A stretch of DNA of 64,000 nucleotides from the NCBI RefSeq assembly GCF_009914755.1, contig NC_060940.1. One strand, written 5' to 3'. The notes below the pieces were generated by a model. The model worked only from the letters and a program-made list of their open reading frames with translations. It searched no databases and was not told where the DNA came from. Positions within the stretch are counted from its first letter, which is position 1. Each line of letters opens with the position of its first letter. Source of the DNA: the human T2T-CHM13v2.0 reference genome, Homo sapiens. Positions 60,360 through 64,000 of the stretch are shown piece after piece. A program made the position numbers and the translations under genes.

Positions 60360-60484
60360 ACTCAAACAAAGGACTTTTTATTCCCTTCCCCAACCGGGAA
60401 ATAAAGGATTCCCTAAGTACTTCTGCAACTCAGGGCAATGGTACACGTGATCAGAAATTAGACACCTTCCCACTGGGGACACAG
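60360..60484 (+). CDS. LRRC36: LRRC36 exon 6 (SNKGLFIPFPNREIKDSLSTSATQGNGTRDQKLDTFPLGTQ)
   Basis: tttttcttttaacacag|AC ... CAG|gtaatg; 125 nt, phase 1 to 0. Confidence 0.92.
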
Positions 60485-62073
60485 GTAATGTATTCACTCT
60501 CCTGCTGATCTGTTGACTAGTCAATGATTAATACTGATAATTCAGTGGGCTCTCAATTATTTATGAAGGTCTCAGAGGACTTGTTTGATGAAGGCATTTT
60601 AGACCCTTTTAAAGGAAAGGGCAGGACAGAATGCAGAGTACCTTCTCCATTAATTTCAATCTCCCATTTCCCTCTCTCTCACACTAACCTGTTATCTAAT
60701 GTCATATATTTATACATATAACTTTAGCATATCTATGAAAGGCATTTTGGTCCTCAAACAAGAATGCAACTGTTACAGTTTTTGGCTGGTTTTAAATTTT
60801 CTCCCCTCTATCCAATATCTCCATCTCCTGTTGCCTTGCTTCTTACATTTTCTACCTACACCCTTTAATACTGAGTCTTACATTTTAGGTATGACTTTCC
60901 CAAAGCTGCCTCTGCAGTATAACAGAAAAAGTAAAGTTTAAGGGGTAAAGATGGCATGGAAGTTGTGGGCAATGGGAAGATAGAGATCATGCAAGATGGG
61001 GGAGGAGTGAAAAATAAGGTTTTAGTGAAAAAATTGGTGACAGAAGGGATGCAACCATTATGTAAGACTTGTTTGTGTGAGTGAATATGATACAAGGAGC
61101 AGAACTGACTACTTTATATTCACCTTCTCCCTTTCTGTGCCTTTTCTTTGATACATTTATGAGCAATAAAATTGTAGAAAATAGCCAGGAGGAGAAAGAA
61201 AAGCAGCAAAGGCTCTGATTAATCCATAATTTGGATAATCAAGACTGAATTAGTAAAAAGTTAGTACTATTCTTTTCAGTTTGGGTATAGACTACCTTCA
61301 TCTTTTAAAAAGATAAGCATTTAATCAGTTTCTTTGTTTTTGGAGATTATACTTGGGTGACTTAGAAACAATCTCAGTTACCATTTTTTAAAACCATATT
61401 GACTTAAGGAAATGGAGACAAAGAGTATTGCAATCTCCAGTTAAATAGCACTTCTTAGATAAAAAAGCAAACAAAAAAACTTCTCTGAAATTACTTCTTG
61501 AAGTGAGAAAAAAGGAAATTGAATAGTTTGCTGTATCTTTTTAGTTTAAGAAATAAGGAAGTGGGATTTCTTTCTCTCCATGACTACCAAAAAGACACTG
61601 AATACTTTAAGATAATTTTTTTAAAAGCAAACCCTAGATGGCTTTCTGTTTTCCTTCAGTCCTTGCCTAGTTATGCCTCAGATTAATTTTCAGCCTATTA
61701 AAACCCCCTTAGCTATGGTGGTTGATAGCTTTATCAGCTGGTAAAATAAGCATGAGAGTCCTTTAAACAGAAAAAGCAAAGCTGGAAAGTGGCCCTCATC
61801 TACCTTCTATGAGCTATCTAAGGCAGAGAAAGTACAGTCATTGTTTGCTATGTCCTTTACTTCCTAAGGATATTCAAGCAACTCTGGAATCTCCTTGTAT
61901 TGTGACTGTTTTAAAATAGACTTAAACTGGACCTTTGCTTAAAGGTCTGTTTCCCTAGCTTGCAAGGATAGTCTTTCCCATTAATAGGAAGGTATTCTGA
62001 ACCCCTAGTCTAATAAGCTCACATTTGAACGCGCATGGACTTCCTTCTACCTAAACTTTCGAACTTTTTTTAG

Positions 62074-62125
62074 ACACAGGAAGTAGCAAGAAGGGAGATG
62101 CCAAGTGACAATCACCAGGAAGATG
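62074..62125 (+). CDS. LRRC36: LRRC36 exon 7 (TQEVARREMPSDNHQED-E)
   Basis: actttttttag|ACA ... GATG|gtaaat; 52 nt, phase 0 to 1, bridging exons 6 and 8 in frame. Confidence 0.87.
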
Positions 62126-63786
62126 GTAAATATTTTGCTCACTGAGTATTTTTCCCCCACACTAATCAGAGAAGTCTGGATGTGATGGGATTTGGGAGAT
62201 GAAGATGTCTCAATATGGGGGCCCTATTTAGTCAACTAATTTCTGCTTTTGTGAGGGACTGTCCTGGATGATTAGTAACCTGTGAGACTTTTCTGCTTAA
62301 AGAGTGCATATTCTGACCTCCTTTGTTCTTGATTTTTTTTGCGTTGGATGACTATTCTTTTTGTTACCTTTCTTGCCTTCTTTTGTATTTATTATTTTTT
62401 ATTCATCCATTTGTTTCTCTCTACTGGTTTATAAGTTATATACATTTTCTATACTTTTAGTATTATTCCCCAAATGATAATATGTATCCTTAACTTACAT
62501 AATTTTTAAATTGTTAATACCTTAAGTCTTCTTTTGGATAATTCAAAAACCGTACAGTACTTTATTTCATTTACTCTTTCCTGACTTATATGTTGTTATT
62601 ATGAATTTTAATTCTCTATATTTTTAAAGACTTCACAAGATATTATTTTTTATATAGTCAGTGTAGATTTAAATCTATCCATTAATTTACTACTGTTTGT
62701 TCACTTCCTTTTTCTTCCCAGGCTTCCCTTCTGATATCATTTTCCTTTGCCTTACAGTGGCACATACTTTAATGTAGGTCTATTAGTGATGAGCTCTTTC
62801 AGCTTTTCTTTGTGTGATAATGCCTCTATTTCACTATCATTCTTGAAGGGTATTTTAGATGGGTGTAGATTTCTAGGCAGTTCGTTCTCTCTCTCTCTTC
62901 CCACTTCCTTCTCTCTTTTTTTTTAATTTTTTTTATTTTTGAGACAAGTTCTCAATCTGTTGCCCAGGCTGGAGTACAGTACAGTGGCACAATCAGAGCT
63001 CATAATAACCTCAAACTTCTGGGCTCAAGCAATCCTCCCACCTCAGCCTCCCAAGTAGTTAGGACTACCACCACACCTGGCTAATTAAAAAAATTTTTTT
63101 CGGACCAGGCACAGTGGCTCATGCCTGTAATCCCAGCATTTTGGGAGTCCGAGGCAGGTGGATCACCTGAGGTCAGGAGTTTGAGACCAGCATGGCCAAC
63201 ATGGTGAAACTCCATCTCTACAAAAAATACAAAAATTAGCCGGGCATGGTGGTGCTTGCCTATAATCTCAGCACTTTGGGAGGCCGAGGCGGGTGGATCA
63301 CTTGAGGTCAGGAGTTGGAGACCAGCCTGGCCAACACGGTGAAACCCCATCTCTACTAAAAATACAAAAGCTAGCTGGGCATGGTGGCATGTGCCTGTAA
63401 TCCCAGTTATTCGGGAGGCTGAGGTACGAGAATCGCTTCCCTCTGGGAAGCGAAGGTTGCACTGAGCTGAGATTGCGCCACTGCACTCCAGCCTGGGCGA
63501 CAGAGTGAGACCCTGTCTCAAAAAAAAAAAAGAAACAGAATTTGTCTCCAGAATGTTATAGATTCTTTACTGTTTACACAAAAGTCCCACATTTTATTGG
63601 TGGTGGTGGTGTTCCATGTGGAAGTCCTTTCATCACTTTATGCTACCATTGATCAGAATTATAAACCACCTCTTCCTGAGAGGTGTTTCTGGCAGACAGA
63701 GAATATGTTCAGTGAACAGAGGTACTCCCAGCTAGGCCACAAAGAATTCTTATCATGTTTTGTTTTTTTGCCTTGGTGGTGTTTAG

Positions 63787-64000
63787 AGTTCAGACACTAC
63801 TCGCCTCGTCAGTCCACAGTCCGATCCCCAGAGAAGATGACTAGAGAAGGGTACCAAGTATCTTTTTTGGACAATAAGTCTTCAGGTTCTTCTCCAGAAA
63901 AGGAATTGATACCAAAACCTGATACTTTTCATCTTACCCATGATGCCTCATTGAGTAAATGCCTGGATGTGGGTGATTCTAGCCAGATCCATCCCTATCA
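63787..64000 (+). CDS. LRRC36: LRRC36 exon 8, partial (FRHYSPRQSTVRSPEKMTREGYQVSFLDNKSSGSSPEKELIPKPDTFHLTHDASLSKCLDVGDSSQIHPY...)
   Basis: gtgtttag|AG in phase 1; stop-free to the window end; Ser/Pro-rich non-repeat sequence. Confidence 0.9.

Overview
Primate DNA, almost certainly human given a diagnostic AluYa5. It is very Alu-dense (about 70 Alu copies or fragments by eye) and about 98% intronic. It holds the 5' parts of two head-to-head genes, which I recognise from their spliced translations. KCTD19 is on the minus strand: exon 1 contributes only the ATG, and exons 2-3 encode the first BTB/POZ domain and what follows. LRRC36 is on the plus strand: coding exons 1-8 are present, with exon 8 running off the window, and they encode N-terminal LRRs plus an LRRcap. 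In human this pair lies at 16q22.1 (recalled, not derived here). The two start codons are only 155 bp apart in a small CpG island carrying an overlapping CCAAT/A-MYB motif and GC boxes. All exons were checked by hand for GT/AG boundaries and phase continuity. The introns contain a full-length 7SK retropseudogene, a MER11 solo LTR with 6-bp TSDs, an MST-type MaLR LTR, hAT fossils (Charlie1a, MER33, MER58, MER5), old L1/L2/MIR, and a 25-bp AT-rich minisatellite built from a perfect 22-bp palindrome. Nearly all ORFs in the supplied track are Alu/L1 artefacts. I found no convincing novel gene system. The best leads are regulatory or structural: the shared meiotic-type promoter, the palindromic minisatellite, an LRR-less LRRC36 start inside intron 3, an L1-created cryptic acceptor at KCTD19 exon 2, and a competing donor that would skip the LRRC36 ATG.
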